Below are positions 21,001 to 33,255 of a stretch of 64,000 nucleotides of DNA, in pieces (the stretch's first letter is position 1; the number at the start of each line of letters is the position of its first letter). The notes under the pieces are model-generated. The model was not told the origin of the DNA. It worked only from the letters and a program-made list of their open reading frames with translations, and made no database searches. This stretch comes from Callorhinchus milii. Taxonomy: Eukaryota. The translations under genes were made by a program, and so were the position numbers. Location of the stretch: assembly GCF_018977255.1 (NCBI RefSeq), contig NW_024704757.1, positions 7,006,001-7,070,000 on the forward strand, written 5' to 3'.

Positions 21001-24000
21001 TGGTGGGGGGAGTGGAGCCTCTCTTGAGTGAGTTTCAAGCCCCCAGTCTGGGCTCACAGTCCAGCCTGACTCCATAATGTAGTGTTGGGGAAGAGCTGCA
21101 TTGTCGGGGACGGAGTACTTCAAATGAGATGATAAAGCCAGGTCCCAGCTGTGCCTGTTCTGTGGATATTAAAGGGTTCTGTGAGACTGGGAAGAAAAGG
21201 GAGTTTCTTCCGGTGTCCGGGCCATCAATCCTCCAGCGAAATCAGTCGCTTTATGGCTGTTTGTGGGGATGTTGCTGTGCAACAACAAAAATAAACAAAA
21301 ACTTTATATAGCTCCCTTCACGCAGTAACATCCCAAAGCGCTTGACAGTGTCGGAGTCTGACCCCGAGCCAGGGGTGAGAGGGAGTGGGGAGGTGGCCGT
21401 AAGTACCATCAAAAAGGAAGGTCTTTAGCGGGATTTGAAGATGGGGAGGGAGGGGGCGATGTCGAGGGATTGAGGGAGAAAGTTCCAGAGTTTTGGAGAT
21501 GGTGTCTGAAGGCTACCATTGTTGGAGTGGAGTGGAGTGCACGTGGGACAAGCAGGAGGCCGGAGCCGTCCGAGTGGAGGCAACGGGTGATAGGTAGGGA
21601 GATACAAGGGCATAAAGAGATTTGAAAACAAGCGAGAGGTGCACACACTGGCTGCCATGTTACATTCACTTGCAAATACACAGTCACTACACTTTGCAGT
21701 AATTACTGTGAAGCACTTTCAGATATTTTGATACATAAGCCCTGTGTCAGATTATAAGGATTTGCTTTCAATTTTTACCAAATAATTGTCATGCACAGCA
21801 CTAATCCTTCCACTAGGTCAGGCGGTCACTAAGAGAATAAATCCAGAGAGAGAGAGAGGGGGTGGGAGCTGTGGGAAGGGGCAGAGAGCCAGAATCTTGT
21901 GTACATATTAAGTTTATAATCTCTTATCTCTGCGATTAAGTCACGGACATTTATTTTATCGGGCGTGGGGGTAAATTTCCATCAAAGGTATGTGCCGGAA
22001 CAATTCCATTCCCCCTTAATTGGCTTGTTGTGGGTTAGTGTCTGCGCAAACACCACTTGTTACATTTGTGCTGAACACTTGGCCTTATCTCTGGCATCAC
22101 CTTCAGTAATAATAGCTCTCTTATCTAAATGGATATCAGGCTTTTTCCTCTTAAAACCAGTCCTGATGAAATCACCTCCACAACCTGACTCGCTCGCACC
22201 TTCTCTTAACTCCACATGTGCCAACGGAGTCTCAGAGTGTTCCCAGTCCTGTTCCTGCTGCTCTTCACACTCATCCACCCCAGCGCTTTGGGACGTCCTC
22301 CCGACGTGAAAGGCGCTATACAAATGTAATCTTGTTGTTGTTGTTGTTTGTTGCTCATTCCTCACTCCCTCTGCTCCATCATCATCAATCCATGACTGTT
22401 TGTGGGACACTGTTGGCACAATTGGCTGCCCCGTTTTGTCCACAGAATACACAACCAATCTGTTTTACAATATTTTACTGGGGCTCGCTCCCCCACTGGG
22501 GCTCTCTACTCTAACCCCATTCCCTGCTCTCTCTCCCCATCGTGTCTGTGCCTGTGTCTGTGCTCACTCCCCCACTGGAGCTCTCTACTTTAACCCCATT
22601 CCCTGCTCTCTCTCTCTTTCTCTCTCTCCCCATCGTGTTTGTGCTGGTGCTCGATCCTCCTCGCCCCTCTCCCCCACCCCACCTGGAATGGTGTGAGGGG
22701 AGCAGATTATGTGGGTGTCCCAGGCAGCGTTGGGGTCTGCTGACAGCCTGTCCGCTCCGTGCATGGAAAGCTACGGCTTTATCACGTTAATGTAAAAGTG
22801 ACTTTTCAGCACATTCAGTGAATGAACAGTAAACTGTAGAAATAATGCATTCCCTGAGGGCAAAATTCAAACCTTAAAAAATAATCTGCTCTGAGAACAC
22901 TGTTTAAAAGAACAAAAAGCTATTGGGTGCTTAACCTCTCGAGTGCTGGACATTGTGTGCGGTCGCCTAGACCTTTTCAGAACTTGTGTCGAGGATGCCA
23001 GGGATAATAATCCTTGCATTTGATATAGCGCTTTACCAGGTCTTTGAGACATCTCAAAGCGCTTGGATGAGGGATGAGGGATTTTAGTTATGTGGAGAGA
23101 CTAGAATTATTCTCTTTACAGCAGATAAGGTTAAGGTGAGATTTACTGGAGGTGTTCAAAGTTATGAGGGGTTTTGATAGAGTAGATTGGGAGAAACAAT
23201 CAATTATACAAATATACAGTCAATTCACTTTACAGTAAATTCTGTGAAGGGCTTTGAGATGGCTCAACGATGTGATAAGGCGGTCAAATGCCAGGATTAT
23301 TATCGTTATTATACTGTTAAAAAAGCACGCAGGATACTAAGGCTTTATAAATTTGGGCATAGAATACAAACATCAGGAAGTTATGATGAATCTTTATAAA
23401 ACACTGGTTAGGTCTCAGCTAGAGACTGTGTTCAGTTCTGGGCCCCACACTTCAGGAAGGATGTCAAGGTATTGGAGAGGGGACAAAGGAGATTTACCAG
23501 GAATGAGGGACTTCAGTTATCAGGAGAGGCTGGAGAAGTTAGGATTATTTTTTTTGGAGCAGAGAAGGTTAAGAGGAGACTTAATAGAAGTTTTCAAAAT
23601 GATGAGGGAAGTCAATAGGGTGAACAAGGAGAAACTATTTTCACTGGCGGGTGGGTCGGTAACCCGAGGACACTGATTTAGAATAGTTGTTAAAAGAAAC
23701 AGAGGGGAGGTGAGGAGAAATGTTTTCACACAGCGAGTTGTTCGGATCTGGAATGCATTGCCTGGAAAGGTGGGGGAAGCCGATTCGATAACAACTTTTA
23801 AGAGAGAAGTTGGGGAGAACAAGTTTGCAGGGCTATGGGGAGAAAGCGGGGGAGTGGGATTGAATTGGAAGCTCTTTTAAAATGATGGGCCGAATGGCCT
23901 CCTTCTGTGCTGTATGATTGTATGATTCTATTAATATGACCGACAATCCGTTTGACACATGAAAACTGAGCCCATGGGAGATTCTCATTGTGTGAGTGAC

Positions 24001-27000
24001 AATAATATCACCCTTAGGTTTGTTCCAGGGCTTTTCACATCGGAAGTTACCCCAGAATTGCTTTACAGGATTCTCTGTGACCGGCAGTGAGTGTATGTGT
24101 TTTGTAGACGAACGTTTCTGGAACTCGTGTGACCCGAAACATGTAATAATAATAATCCTGGCATTTGATACAGAGCCTTATCACATCTTTGAGGTGTCTT
24201 AAAGCGCTTCACGGAATATACTGTGAAGTGAATTGACTGTATATTTTATGGGCAAAACGTGGCAGTCAATTGCGTACAGCAGCGTCTCACAAACAGCCGT
24301 GGATTGAGTGACCAAATTTTTTTTTATTATTAGCCCAGGAAAAGTGATCCACCAATCGACTAACAACCAGGTTCCTGCTTACTGCTGGTAAACAGGCGTC
24401 AGGAATCGAACCCAGGTCTCTCGCTTGCGAGGCCTCTAACCACTGAGCTACAAATCTCCCATCTGTTCCCCACAGGTTTTCCAGAACGCCTCTGAGATCG
24501 TGACGGTGCTGCAGATCCAAACGCTGAGCGCGCTGGTGCCTTCGGTGCCCGTGTACCTGAGCACCGCGCTGGAGAGAGCCAGCAGCGAAGACAAGCTCAG
24601 CCTACTGCTGGACCTGCACGCCTCCACCACACACTTTGCAAAGAGCCTGGAGGCTGCCATGCTGCCACACCTCGGTCAGTGACAGCAGCAACCGGGTGGG
24701 GAGGGCGGGGGGCTGTTGAGCATTGAGGGGAGATGAAGGAGGTTGAGGGGGGTTTGAGGGGAGGCGATGGGTGGGTTGAGGGGGCTTGAAGGGAGGCGAG
24801 GGGGGAGTTGAGGGGAGGCAAAGGGGTTTTGAGGGGAGACGAGGGGGGTTTGAGGGGAGGCGAGGTGTGGGGGTTGAGGGGAAGCGAGGAGGGGTGTGGT
24901 GTTGGCGTGTCTCACTCTCACTATGTATCTGTCACAGGGGAGATGAACTTGCTGAAGGTGACTGAGCTGGTGACTGCGGTTGCTGAGCCCTACCAGCCGT
25001 ACCTGCTACAGTACGGGGAGCTCGAGGAGGTCTTCCTGCTCATCCAGATCAGCGCCGTCCCCCTGGTAAGTCAGTCACACACACACCCTCCGGGGGTGGG
25101 GTGGGAGGGTGGGGGGGCAATCAAGCTTTCCCTGATATTTTCTGGCAGGGCAAAAACCTAGGCAAGTTTCATTACTCCACATGCCTCTGTTTAGCAGTAA
25201 TTAGGATCCCGGTTGTTAGCTGATTGTCGGATTGCTTCCGGGGGTAATAATCCCTTCCGAAAAAAATTGGGTCAATCAATCACGGCTGTTTGTGGGACGC
25301 TGCTGTGCGCAGTTGGCTGCTGCGTTTCAACTACAAACTACACAGTCACTACACTTTACAGTACATCCTGTGAAGCGCTTTGAGACGTCTGCAAGAAGTG
25401 ATAAGGCGCTGTACTAAATGCAAGGATTATTTTTATAGAGAGCGGCTGTTAGGAAAGTAGTTTTTCTCTCCCTCCCGTGTCCTGGCCAACAAAGCCCCAG
25501 ATACAGTGGGTCTCTCCCTTCGTGGCTGTTTGCGGGGACGTTGCTGTGAACAAATTGTGTGCGTTAGCTGTGAAGTGTTGTGATGACATGTTGGGTTACA
25601 CAGCCGGTGTGGGCTCATGTCTCTGGTCGCCGCTCACTCCCCTTCGCTCTGCCCTCTTGACTCCAACCCCCAGCTCGGCTACAAACCCTTGACTATCCAG
25701 CGCCTCGGGGCGTCCCCCTGATGTGAGAGGCTGTGTAAATGCAAGCTGTTGTTGTTGCAGGAGCGGGGGGAGCTGCTGGACTGTGTGCAGGAGCTCAGCC
25801 AGTCGGTCAGCAAGCTCTTCAGCCTGGCCAGCGGCGCCGTGGACAGATGTCTCAAACTGACCGATGGCCTTGGGGCCTGTGGGCTGCTTAAAGCCCTGAA
25901 GGCACTTTTCTCAAAGTAACTCGTTCCTCATGGTCCTNNNNNNNNNNNNNNNNNNNNNNNNNNNNNNNNNNNNNNNNNNNNNNNNNNNNNNNNNNNNNNN
26001 NNNNNNNNNNNNNNNNNNNNNNNNNNNNNNNNNNNNNNNNNNNNNNNNNNNNNNNNNNNNNNNNNNNNNNNNNNNNNNATCTCTCTCTCTCTGTCCCTCT
26101 TTCTATCTCTCTCTCCCTGATGAGTGTTTTGGACCTAAGACAATTCCTGCTCCCATCACTGGCTGAAACCCCACGTAAAGCTCTACCCTGTTCCCTGGCT
26201 GACTTGACCCTCACACTTCTCGTTTTGTCACACATTGCTGAGCCAATTAATTCCCACTGAACCTTCCCGTCAGTCACCTACACCCACGGCCTGGCTGTGC
26301 TCAATATAGAGGTTCCGGGCCTCGGGAATTGGGACTGAGGCGTCCTATTGGGGTAGGGGCATCTCATTGTGGGGAGGAGGGGAAGAGAGTCCAACCCCAC
26401 AGGTTTGCAGGCCTGGGTTAGAAGGTTAATGGTTGTCACAGTGCCCGGGATGTGGTGGCTGTATAAAGCCATGACCATCACCTTGATTGTGTAACATCCC
26501 TCCCCCTACCCCCCCCCCTCCGGCTCCCAGGCACCCACTGTTCTTGTGTCAAGGCCAAATGCACTTATCAGCCAACCCTCCCCGTCCCCAGTCCTGCCAG
26601 TGACCTGGGGCTCCTTTGTACTGTGTTCCAGCGTCTCAGCGTGAGCTCAGGTTATCTTATCTGTGTGCTTGTCACCAGAAACATCGCCCAGACTGTCCCA
26701 GGCCCCAGCCACGCTCCCCTCTACGTTCAAGGCTTGGGGGGAGGGGCGAAGGTGAACATACGGGGGAGGCCGGGAAAAGATTGAGGTGAATGTGTGCCAT
26801 TGAGTGCCGTGTGGCTGAGTGCCGTGTGTGTATGTTCCCAGGTACGTGTCGGATTTCTCCACCACGCTGCAGTCGATCCGCAAGAAGTGCCGTCTCCAGG
26901 ACACGCCCAGCGCTTCCCTGTTCCAGGAGGATTGGACGGCGTTCCAGAGCTGCGTCAGGTAATGGGATAGCGCCTGTGTGTTAGTGTTACACACAGGCGT

Positions 27001-29509
27001 GTGACGTTTGTAAGTGTTACACACGGATGTGACATGTGTCAGGGTTACACACGGGTGTGTGACATGGGTTCACATTCCAAACATGAGCATGATGTTTGTC
27101 CCCAATGGGACATCGTGGAGTCCTGTAGCTCAGTGGTTATAGCATTCGCTTTGCAAGCGAGAGACCTGAGTTCAATTCCAGGCAGAGGGCAAAACCTTGG
27201 GCAAGTTTCCTTACTCCACACAGAGCCTAATAATAATCCCTCCAAAACACCAAACAATAATAAATTGGTCATTTTCAATCTATGACTGTCTGTGGGACAT
27301 TGCTGTGCGCAATTGGCTGCCGCGTTCGCCCACAAATAGACAGTCAATTCACTTTACACTGTGTTTTGTGAAGCGCTTTGGGACGTCCTCCCGACGTGAA
27401 AAGCGCTATATCAAATGCAAGCATTATTATTATTATTATTTTACATGTGTGTGACTTATGTGTATGTTTAATGTCAGGATCATTGCCACTTGTGGGGAGC
27501 TACTGCGACAGTGTGGAGACTTTGAACAGCAATTGTCCAACAGGTGAGAGTGTGCCGTTGGGGGGGGGGAGGATGTTGAACATGTGGGAGAAGTTGGGGT
27601 TGGAGATGAATGGTGGTGGGGGGGGGAGGGGGGTGACAGCCGATACTGATGGCAAAGTGTATGTGTGTGTGGGGGTGGCGGGTGGGCGGGGTGCACTGAT
27701 GGCAGTGTATTGTGTGTGAGTGCGTGTGGGTGGGGGTGAGTGTGTGGGGTGGGGGGTCACTAACCAGTCATTAACCCCCTGGTGTTGACAGACTGCTGAC
27801 GAGTGGGTCGAAGTACCTGTCTGATGCCTACAGCCCCCGCAGCCTGGGCGCTGGCCCCGAGCCCGGGGGTAAGGTGGGGGCCAGGAACCCCTGGCAGGAG
27901 TACAACTACCTCCAGAGGGGCAACCCCAGCCTGTATGGCAGCCTGCTGGACCTGCTCTACACCCTCAAGGTGGGGGCATACGAGGGGATTGGTGGGGGCG
28001 TCTGTTTTATGTCTCTTGTGCTCTCTCTCCCCCCTCTCCACTTCTTTCTCTCCCTCCCCCTTTTCGCTCTCTCTCTCCCCTATCCCTTCATCTCCCTCCC
28101 CCTTTTCGCTCTCTCTCTCCCCTATCCCTTCATCTCTCTCCGCCCCACTCTCCCCCCCGCCCTTCTCTCGCTCTCTCTCTATCCCCCCTCCCTCGATCTC
28201 TTCCCTTCCCACCCCCCTTTGCGGGATTGCCGCTCTCTCTCACTCTCTCTGTCCGGGAGTATGTTCTCAATGACAGTCGGACCAGGTGTGGTGGGGGCTG
28301 GGGACTGTGCTTTGCTGGGCTGGGGGCTGGCCTGTGCCGGGCTCCCGGTCACACTCACTGGCTGCTGGTGTTGTCGGCAGGAGAAGGGGACGGGGAACAA
28401 GCAGCTGCTGGGGGAGCAGCGGGGGGCACTGACGCGCCTGAACCAGCAGGCCTACCAGCTGGCCTTCGACTCCGTCTTCCTGCCCATCCAGAGGCAGCTC
28501 CACCTCGTGCCCAAGATGGAGGTGAGCGTGCGGTGCTGCGGGACAGAGAGGGTCCAGGAGGCTTCCCTGGGTGAGGGGAGCGTGATTACATATATATATA
28601 CACACACACAAGCTGTTATTGTTGCTCACAGGCGCTGTGGGGGCAGAAAAGAACCAAGTTAATATTATACAGTCACTCCACTCTACACTATATTCTGTGA
28701 AGCACTTTGAGACTCCTCAACAATGTGATGAGACGCTGCATTGGGGGCAGGGAGTGTCTCGAAGCGTCAACAAAACCAAACCCTGATTTAACAATAAGTC
28801 ACACCCAATTTGCTCTTTTTTTTAACGATGCTGACAGGCGCGATGGTGCTCCCTGAGTAAGCGACTTGCAAGCGGGTGTGGTGACTGTGTTTTCTTTTGT
28901 TTCTGCCTGGGGCAGGCATGGAGCTCGGGGTCAGCGGGAGAGACCATGACAGACGACCTGCCCACGTTCAGCCTCTCACCTCTGGAGTACATCAGCAACG
29001 TGAGCTCTCAGTCACCGCAGCCTGCCTTCCTCCCTCCCTCCCTTTCTCCCTCCCTCCCTCCCTCCCTCCCTCCCTCACTCACTCACTCACTCGGGGCCTA
29101 GGGCGGGGCTGAGGGAATTTAGGGGGCGAATCTGCGGGATGTGGGGAGGCGGGAATTGAGGGGCGATGGAGACTGGGGTGGTGGGGGCCAGGGGTGAGGT
29201 GGGGGCTGAGGGGAAAGGAGACTGGGGCGGTGGGGTCTAGGAGTGAGGCGGGGGCTGGGAGCAATGGTGACTTGTGAGGCTAGGATGTGTAGTGACTGTC
29301 TCTCTCTCGCTCTGTCCTGCTCAGATCGGGCAGTACATCATGTCGCTGCCGCTCCACCTCGAGCCGTTCGTCACCCAGGAGGACCCCGGGCTGGAGCTGG
29401 CGCTGCACGCAGGCAAACTGCCCTACCCCCCCGAGCAAGGTCAGGGCACAGGCACGGGGGAGCCGAGGGCCACTGTGAGGGCTGTGGGGCTTGGGTTTGA
29501 CTGAGCGTA

Positions 29510-29544
<35 letters not shown>

Positions 29545-30751
29545 CTTGTGTCCTCCGTTCCACCATCGGCGGCTGCGCTTTCAGCCATTACATCCTGAAA
29601 CTCTGTCACTCTCTCCCTCAATCCCTCCGCCTCGCCCTCTCCTTCCCCTTCCTCAGGTCGCGGCTGGAGACCTTCCCCTTCCACCGTGGCCTAAGGTCAC
29701 CTCCCCCCGGCTTGGCGTCTTGCTCCCCCATTGTCCCGCGCTCCGGGACGCTACCCTACGTGAGGGGCGCTGTGTAAATGTAAGTTGTTGCTGTTGTGGT
29801 CTCCAGGGGACGAGCTGCCGGAGTTGGATAACGTGGCTGATTACTGGCTGGGCTCCATTGCCAGGGCCACCATGCACACGTACTGTGAGAGCATCCTGCA
29901 AATCCCAGAGCTCACACCACACTCCACCAAACAGCTGGTCACTGACCTGGGTAAGGCTCTCATACTGTGTGTGGGGGGGGGGGCTCTCACACTGTGTGGG
30001 GGTTGTGAGGGGCATTGACCTGACATTCCCTGTCGCTCGCCTCTCTTCCTCATTGCTTGTGGTCCTGTTGGCAGCAACTCTCACCCCCACCCTCGCCTGG
30101 CTCCACTGGCTCCCATCCACCAGAGGATAGAGTTCAAAATCCTCGTCTTCAAAGCCCTCCCTGGCCTCGCTCCTCCCTACCTCTGTGACCTGCTAACCCC
30201 ATAGAGACCCGTCCGTTCCCCTCCGCTCAGAGGGCTCCATGTCCCACGTCCCCCGCCCGGCCCGCCCCACCATCGGTGGTCGGACCTTCAGACTATCTGA
30301 CCCCACCCTATGGAACTCCAGCCCACACTACCTTCATCTCGCTCCCTCCCTTGGCTCCTTCAAGGCACATCTCAAGACCTCTTCAACTGCGCTTTGGTCA
30401 CCCTCCTACCCCCACCCTCCCCGCCCTCCACCCCTTCTGATCCCAACCCCAAACTTGGGTCCAAATCCTTGACTGTCCAGCGCCTTGTGATGTCTTCCCG
30501 ACGTGAATGGCACCGTGTAAATGCCATTTGTTGTTGTTGTTGGTCATTAATGCCTGTTTTCTCTCCTGTTTGTCTCGGGGGCAGATTACCTGAGCAACGT
30601 GATGGACGCACTGGGGCTACAGCCGTCCCGGGCTCTGCAGCAGGTATCTAGCCTCCTGAGAGCCAAACCCGAGGAGGTGCGTCAGGCTGCCAAGGGCCTC
30701 CCCCGCAGGCTGAGCAGCGCCGTGATCGCCATGAGGTGCCTGGATTACTGA
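15218..30751 (+). CDS. COG7: Conserved oligomeric Golgi complex subunit 7; 17 coding exons
   Basis: Exons: 15218-15383, 15948-16096, 16635-16751 (GC donor), 17055-17223, 18743-18825, 19238-19360, 24476-24674, 24938-25065, 25761-25915, 26842-26958, 27478-27543, 27792-27969, 28381-28521, 28916-28999, 29325-29439, 29807-29950, 30585-30751. Protein [18 protein letters not shown]...[16 protein letters not shown]...[20 protein letters not shown]...[16 protein letters not shown]...MRCLDY* is an unmistakable COG7. Confidence 0.96.
16162..16450 (-). mobile_element. Unclassified hairpin-rich, A-tailed interspersed element (full copy)
   Basis: Homologous along its length to 20661-20970 and 41875-42192, including the internal (GA)n tract. 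Confidence 0.7.
16780..16945 (-). mobile_element. 5' half of the Deu-type SINE (antisense) in COG7 intron 3
   Basis: Reverse complement of the SINE head (gagtaaggaaacttgcctaaggttt...ctcgcttgcaagcgagcgctctaaccac). Confidence 0.8.
17272..17731 (+). repeat. 36-bp minisatellite, about 13 nearly identical copies (ggggaaccagcccctgggggtgacactgtcccatca) in COG7 intron 4
   Basis: Directly visible; the ORF track shows the matching 12-aa repeat [12 protein letters not shown]. Confidence 0.97.
20661..20970 (+). mobile_element. Unclassified hairpin-rich, A-tailed interspersed element (full copy)
   Basis: caatgtcaagc...ggttagactccagcagttacccc...(GA)n...gtcaagacacccgactggccaaaaaa; homologues elsewhere in the window. 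Confidence 0.7.
21285..21625 (-). mobile_element. L2 LINE 3' fragment
   Basis: Reverse complement of the L2 tail (tatatagctcccttcacg...cccaaagcgcttgacagt) and LWNFLPQSL-like coding remnant. Confidence 0.65.
22480..22650 (+). repeat. Dispersed ~70-bp tandem unit, about 2.3 copies
   Basis: Same unit as 6119-6236 and 32465-32660. Confidence 0.75.
23330..23930 (+). mobile_element. CR1 LINE 3' fragment (plus a short related piece at about 23070-23195)
   Basis: Translates to [16 protein letters not shown]...[28 protein letters not shown], the CR1 ORF2 C-terminus; tail gggccgaatggcctccttctgtgctgtatgattgtatgattcta. Confidence 0.9.
24145..24455 (-). mobile_element. Deu-type SINE (antisense), abutting the COG7 exon 7 acceptor
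   Basis: Reverse complement of head (ggaatcgaacccaggtc...ctaaccactgagctaca) through to the (ATT)n tail. Confidence 0.8.
25938..26078. other. Assembly gap (N run)
   Basis: Ns in COG7 intron 9; the flanking exons join in frame. Confidence 0.99.
27116..27440 (+). mobile_element. Deu-type SINE
   Basis: gtggagtcctgtagctcagtggtt head, Deu-like core, ...ctatatcaaatgcaagcattattatt tail. Confidence 0.85.
30080..30545 (+). mobile_element. L2 LINE 3' fragment
   Basis: [11 protein letters not shown]...agttcaaaatcctcgtcttcaaagccctc and a (TGT)n tail. Confidence 0.8.
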
Positions 30752-30926
30752 GGGGCTCTCCCACAGCCCCAATCACATCCCAGCTCACTGCCGCGTCCAG
30801 TGCTCGGCACCAGAAGTCACCGTGCCCTGACCTGCCCTACCCTCCCCAGCCCTGCCCTGGCCTCCCCTCCCCTGCCCTGCCATGACTGGGGAATGTGTGA
30901 CTTCCTCCCACCGACCCACCCACACG

Positions 30927-31165
30927 TGGAGCCCAGTAGCTTATTGGTTAGAGGACTCGCCTCCCAAGCGAGAGGATCTGTGTTCGATTCGAAACATTAG
31001 GAAAGTTTCCTTACTCCACGCGCCTCTGTTTACCAGTAGTCAGTAGGAACCCGGTTGTTAGTCGATTGGCGGATCACTTTTCTGTGGGTAATAATCCCTT
31101 CAAAATATACTAATAATTTGGTTTCTCAATCCACGACTGGATGTGGGACACTGCTGTGCGCACTG
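30927..31165 (+). mobile_element. Deu-type SINE fragment in the COG7 3' UTR
   Basis: Degenerate tRNA head plus tttccttactccac...gttagtcgattggcggatc. Confidence 0.7.
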
Positions 31166-31228
31166 CCCCGCAAGCCACCGGGGGCGGGGGGGCTGGCGGT
31201 TTTGATGAATATTTGGTGGCCGCAAATG

Positions 31229-31234
31229 AATAAA
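31229..31234 (+). terminator. Probable COG7 polyadenylation signal
   Basis: AATAAA about 480 nt after the stop codon. Confidence 0.5.
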
Positions 31235-32464
31235 CACAACTTTCATTCTGAGTATTTGTGTCAGCTTCGGCTTCAGGCTGGTTGGAGCTTTACCTGGTGA
31301 GTCTGTCACTGTGTGTCTGTGTGCTTTGAGAAGTCTCAGTGACGTGTCCTGATAAGGCACCATATGAAATGCAAGTATTATTAATATATTATTACGGGTA
31401 TAAAGTGAAGCTGGCAAAGAGCTGGATGTGTGGGGTGGGGTGTGGATTGTGCCGGTGTTGAGCTCAGCCGCGGGGTTGTTTGCAGATGTTTGGACACGGT
31501 GATTTCCTCCTCTCCTCTCAGAGAGATCCCGCTGATGCTTGTGAATGTTTCCCTGAGCCAGCCGGCTGTGGCCTGAGCTCACTCGCTGCAGCTCCCCTGG
31601 CCAAGCACTGTCAGCCCGGCTCCTCTTTGAGGTGTCAGACTCGGTTAATTACCTCCTGCACTCGCAGCCCTCATCACCTGCAGAGATAAACAGCCCCGTC
31701 TGTCTGTCTATCTGTCTGTCAGCAGCTTCCTGGAATAGTTTCTCTCTTGCCATTGAGAGAATTGTACAATATTGGCTGAGGCTATGTGTGTGTGTGTGTG
31801 TGAGGTTGTGTCTGTGTGGCTATGTATGTGTGAGGCTGTGTGTGTGGCTATGTATGTGTGAGGCTGTGTGTGTGGCTATGTATGTGTGAGACTGTGTGTG
31901 TGGCTATGTATGTATGTGTGAGGTGTGTGTGAGGCTGTGTGTAAGGGGAGTGGGAAGGTGAGAGTGCTGACACAGCACAATAATGATAATAATCCCCTTG
32001 TGGTACGTAAGCAGCACATGAGACTCCATAGTCAGTGTTTAGAGTACAAGCAGCAGAGAGACTTGTCAGGGTTAAAGCTCCCGTGACACCATCAGGGAAG
32101 AAATGTTTTTTCTTCAGGTGTCCTGACCAGCAATCCTGGGTCACCTCCAGGCTGTGAGCGGAACATTACTGCGGGTGATGGAGGCACTTTACAAGCGCAA
32201 CTGTTTGTGGGGAAATTGCTGTGCGCAATTGACTGCCGCGTTCCACCCACAAAATGCACAGTCACGACACTTTACAGTGTATTCTGTGAAGCACTTTGAG
32301 TCGTCTCAACGTGCTATGTCACATGTGAGGATTATTATATTATAAGACCTGCGAGAGCAATTACCGGGTGGTTGGTTGTAAGAACATGGGAACCACGAGT
32401 ACTGGTTGTGGTCAAGACAGTATTTAAAAGGAATTGGAGAAGGGTGTAAAACAGTAATATAAGA

Positions 32465-32660
32465 GAGAACAGGGAAAGAGCAGGGAATGGGGTTGGAGAA
32501 GAGTGCTCCAGTGGGGGAGTGAGCCCCAGCACAGCCACGATGGGGAGAGAGAGAGAGTAGGGAATGGGATGAGAGAAGAGAGCTCCAGTGGGGGAGTGAG
32601 CCCCAGTACAGCCACGATGGGGAGAGAGCAGGGAATGGGGAATGGGGTTAGAATAGAGAG
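32465..32660 (-). repeat. Dispersed ~70-bp tandem unit, about 2.7 copies
   Basis: Reverse complement of the 6119/22480 unit. Confidence 0.75.
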
Positions 32661-32752
32661 CTTCAGTTTGGGGGTTGGGGGGGTGAGAAAGGAGGCATTA
32701 GAACCAACTAAGTTGAGACAAACAATAAACGATGATGTTGAGCGAATTCCTT

Positions 32753-32758
32753 TTTATT
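32753..32758 (-). terminator. Probable SCNN1B polyadenylation signal
   Basis: TTTATT on + strand, about 500 nt past the SCNN1B stop. Confidence 0.5.
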
Positions 32759-33255
32759 TAACAATAAATTACATATTTAGAAATATGTGGCCACAGAGAC
32801 CACATGTGGAAAGTGACTTGTGTTTTTATCATTTTAACAGCAGCAACGTCCCATAGAAACCTCGTTTCTAGGTTATTGAGAGAGTGCAGCACCAGAGTCC
32901 CCTGATTTACCCCACCCCCGACTTACCCCTCACCCTGACGCTTCCCCCCCATCCTGACATGCCCCTCCCCTGACACTTGCCCTCCTCCCCAGTTTTGGAA
33001 GGTTACAAGCTGGTTCCTCTGTCGCTGTCCTGTTGTGACTTACAAACAGGCTCAGCTTTTAGTTATTGAGATTCCAGCCCTGAAATTTCCCACTTTTCGC
33101 CTCGCCCCCCCCTCGCCTCACCCCCCCCTCCCGACATTGAATTAACCCCCGCCATGTGGAGGGGGGGGTGGCCAGCCTGACCGGGGAGGGGCGGGGGAGA
33201 GGGGGCTCTTCCCTCAAGCCAATGTACCTCTGCGTGAAACGCAGTGGGGGAGAGT

